Shown here piece after piece: positions 62,401-64,000 of a DNA stretch of 64,000 bases. The stretch is taken from IMG/VR virus record IMGVR_UViG_3300035394_000193; one strand, 5' to 3'. Origin of the DNA: a virus. Lineage: Duplodnaviria; Heunggongvirae; Uroviricota; Caudoviricetes. The notes beneath the pieces are model-generated. The model was not told the origin of the DNA. It was given only the letters and a program-made list of their open reading frames with translations, and did not search any database. Within the stretch, counting starts at the first letter, position 1. Each line of letters starts with the position of its first letter. The translations under genes were made by a program, and so were the position numbers.

Positions 62401-63727
62401 AGAATGATATGGAAAACTAATTGCTGTTATGGAACATGGAGTTTTACTAATTCCTGTTAATGAAAGAGCAATGATGACTAATGCACAAGGTGAGAATGTT
62501 TACATTAATACTGCAACTGTACTTCCTCAAAATCCGAAAGTACTATCTAATACATTTGGAAGTTTATGACCAGAATCCATTACTAAAACATCAAGATTTA
62601 TTTATGGAATTGATTCTGTTGGTAAAAAAATATGAAGAACTGACGGAGAAACTTTTGAAAATATATCTGATTTAAAAGTTCAAAAGTTTTTAAATGATAA
62701 TATTAATTTACGAGAATCTGATAAAGATAGAAGTGTTAATGTTAATTTTATAAAAACACATTATAATGCTTTTAAACATGATATTATGTTTGTGTTTAGA
62801 TATAATGATAAAGTATGAAATTTATGTTGAAATGAGCTTTTACAAAAGTGAACAACTCAGTATACATGAATTCCGGAGTTTTCAGAAAATATTAATAATC
62901 TTTTTTATACCTTTGCAAATCAAACTAAACATACTTCCGCAAGTAATAAATTGTATAAGCATGGGTTCGCTGGAGTAGTAGAAGAAGCCGGAAATATTCT
63001 TCCTGCTTACTGATATGATGAACAACATCCATTTGAATATGAATTTGTTGTAGCTACTATTCCAGGAGTACAAAAAATCTTTAATAATTTAAAGATTATA
63101 TCTAACTTAGTTGAACCCGATTCATTCTATTACGAAATAGTTGGTGAAGGATTTGATTGATTCAGTTACAAAGACTTAATTGTTAAATTAAATGATGTAA
63201 CTTTAGCAACAATTGATGGGGTAACATTAACAACTTACACAACAGTAGCTACTGAAGACAATGTTAAGTTAAGATATAAAGAATATTTAACTGATAAAAC
63301 TGATGTTAAAAAACTTCCTTATATTTTCTTACAATCATTTGATGTTAATAATCCATTATCATTCTTTAAAACAAGAACTAAACCAACTCCAGGAACAGCT
63401 TATAATATGTCTACTTTAAGAGATTTAACTATTAGAGAACATAACAAAACTAAAGAAAAATTAGTAGATAGTTATCAAATGGGTATGGACATAAAGAAGT
63501 ATGGAAGAATGAAAGGTAATATGCAATATTTAGAAGATGCGTGAGATGTACAAATACAGCCAATAAGTTTCCCTTATTGTTATATTAGTGCTTCTACATT
63601 AATGTTTCTTCCTAATAAGGAAATGAGAATAAGGGACAAATATATTAAAATAAGAGTCAAATATGATGGTAGCAAATACGCAATAGTAAATGCTATTCGT
63701 TCTAATTTTGCGGTAAGTTTTGCATAA
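59444..63727 (+). CDS. very large structural/tail protein (1427 aa) with about 20 in-frame TGA codons
   Basis: ORF fragments 59444, 60596, 61679 and 62084 share one frame; 62402-63727 was checked codon by codon with no TAA/TAG and TGA at 62405, 62567, 62633, 62816, 62828, 62849, 62867, 63011, 63158, 63542; stop TAA 63725-63727. Confidence 0.55.
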
Positions 63728-63728
63728 T

Positions 63729-64000
63729 ATGAAGAAAAAATTAATTAAAAAACATCAACGAGGAGATAATATATGAGCTCCTCAACAAAACCTTTTAACA
63801 GGAATAGAAGATATAACAAATTTCTTTAATAAGAATGTTACATCTTCTGTTCCTCAACAGAGGAGTACAGTATCATTAATGCAACCAAAATCTACCAATC
63901 CTGTTGTTTCTTCAATGTTTCCTAAACAATTAAGTGATACAGCTAAAATGTTTCAACCTGGAGGTGGAAATCTTTCAGGAAAAGGAACTGGATTTTTAGA
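63729..64000 (+). CDS. hypothetical protein, partial (continues beyond the window), recoded
   Basis: ATG 63729; MKKKLIKKHQRGDNIW(TGA)APQQ ...; open to the window end. Confidence 0.4.

Noticed and set aside
1-64000. Integrase, transposase, attachment sites, rRNA, reverse transcriptase/DGR
   Set aside because: No ORF with recognisable tyrosine/serine recombinase, DDE or RT motifs and no rRNA-like sequence was seen; the window is not flagged as an integrated or mobile element

Overview
This 64 kb window looks like part of a crAss-like (Crassvirales-type) phage genome from a Bacteroidetes host. It has two arms that meet at a divergent control region at about 22.2-22.6 kb.

Left arm (1-22157, all genes on the minus strand, standard genetic code). 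It carries a bacterial-type Ter-associated module: TerD, a TerC membrane protein, two vWA proteins, a PRTase-like protein and a HAD-like phosphatase, together with a short adenylosuccinate-synthetase-family (PurA/PurZ-like) gene. Sampled stretches of this module are noticeably GC-richer than the rest of the window. The operon is interrupted at 3.1-4.2 kb by an array of small promoter-like repeat units that give tRNA-like or structured small RNAs rather than ordinary tRNAs. The remainder of the arm holds many small hypothetical, membrane and lipoprotein genes, several unusually long ORF-free segments, and a UGA-reading suppressor tRNA (anticodon UCA).

Right arm (22607-64000, plus strand). It starts with standard-code genes: a two-wHTH Rep-like protein with upstream iteron-like repeats, thioredoxin, PhoH, and a second Trp-like suppressor tRNA (anticodon UCA) flanked by (AAAAT)n and (GAAAAT)n microsatellites. 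From position 28192 onward essentially every gene contains in-frame TGA codons, so the six-frame ORF track fragments them. Read with TGA as a sense codon (most plausibly Trp), the fragments merge into typical late genes: a PD-(D/E)XK nuclease, a TerL-like terminase, a portal-size protein, three mosaic tail-fibre paralogs, a beta-helix tailspike, a holin plus YkuD-fold lysis pair, a capsid-module protein and a 1427-aa protein carrying about 20 TGA codons.

Two Bacteroidetes-type promoters (TTTG ... TATCTTTG) are visible. I found no integrase, transposase, CRISPR array or rRNA.
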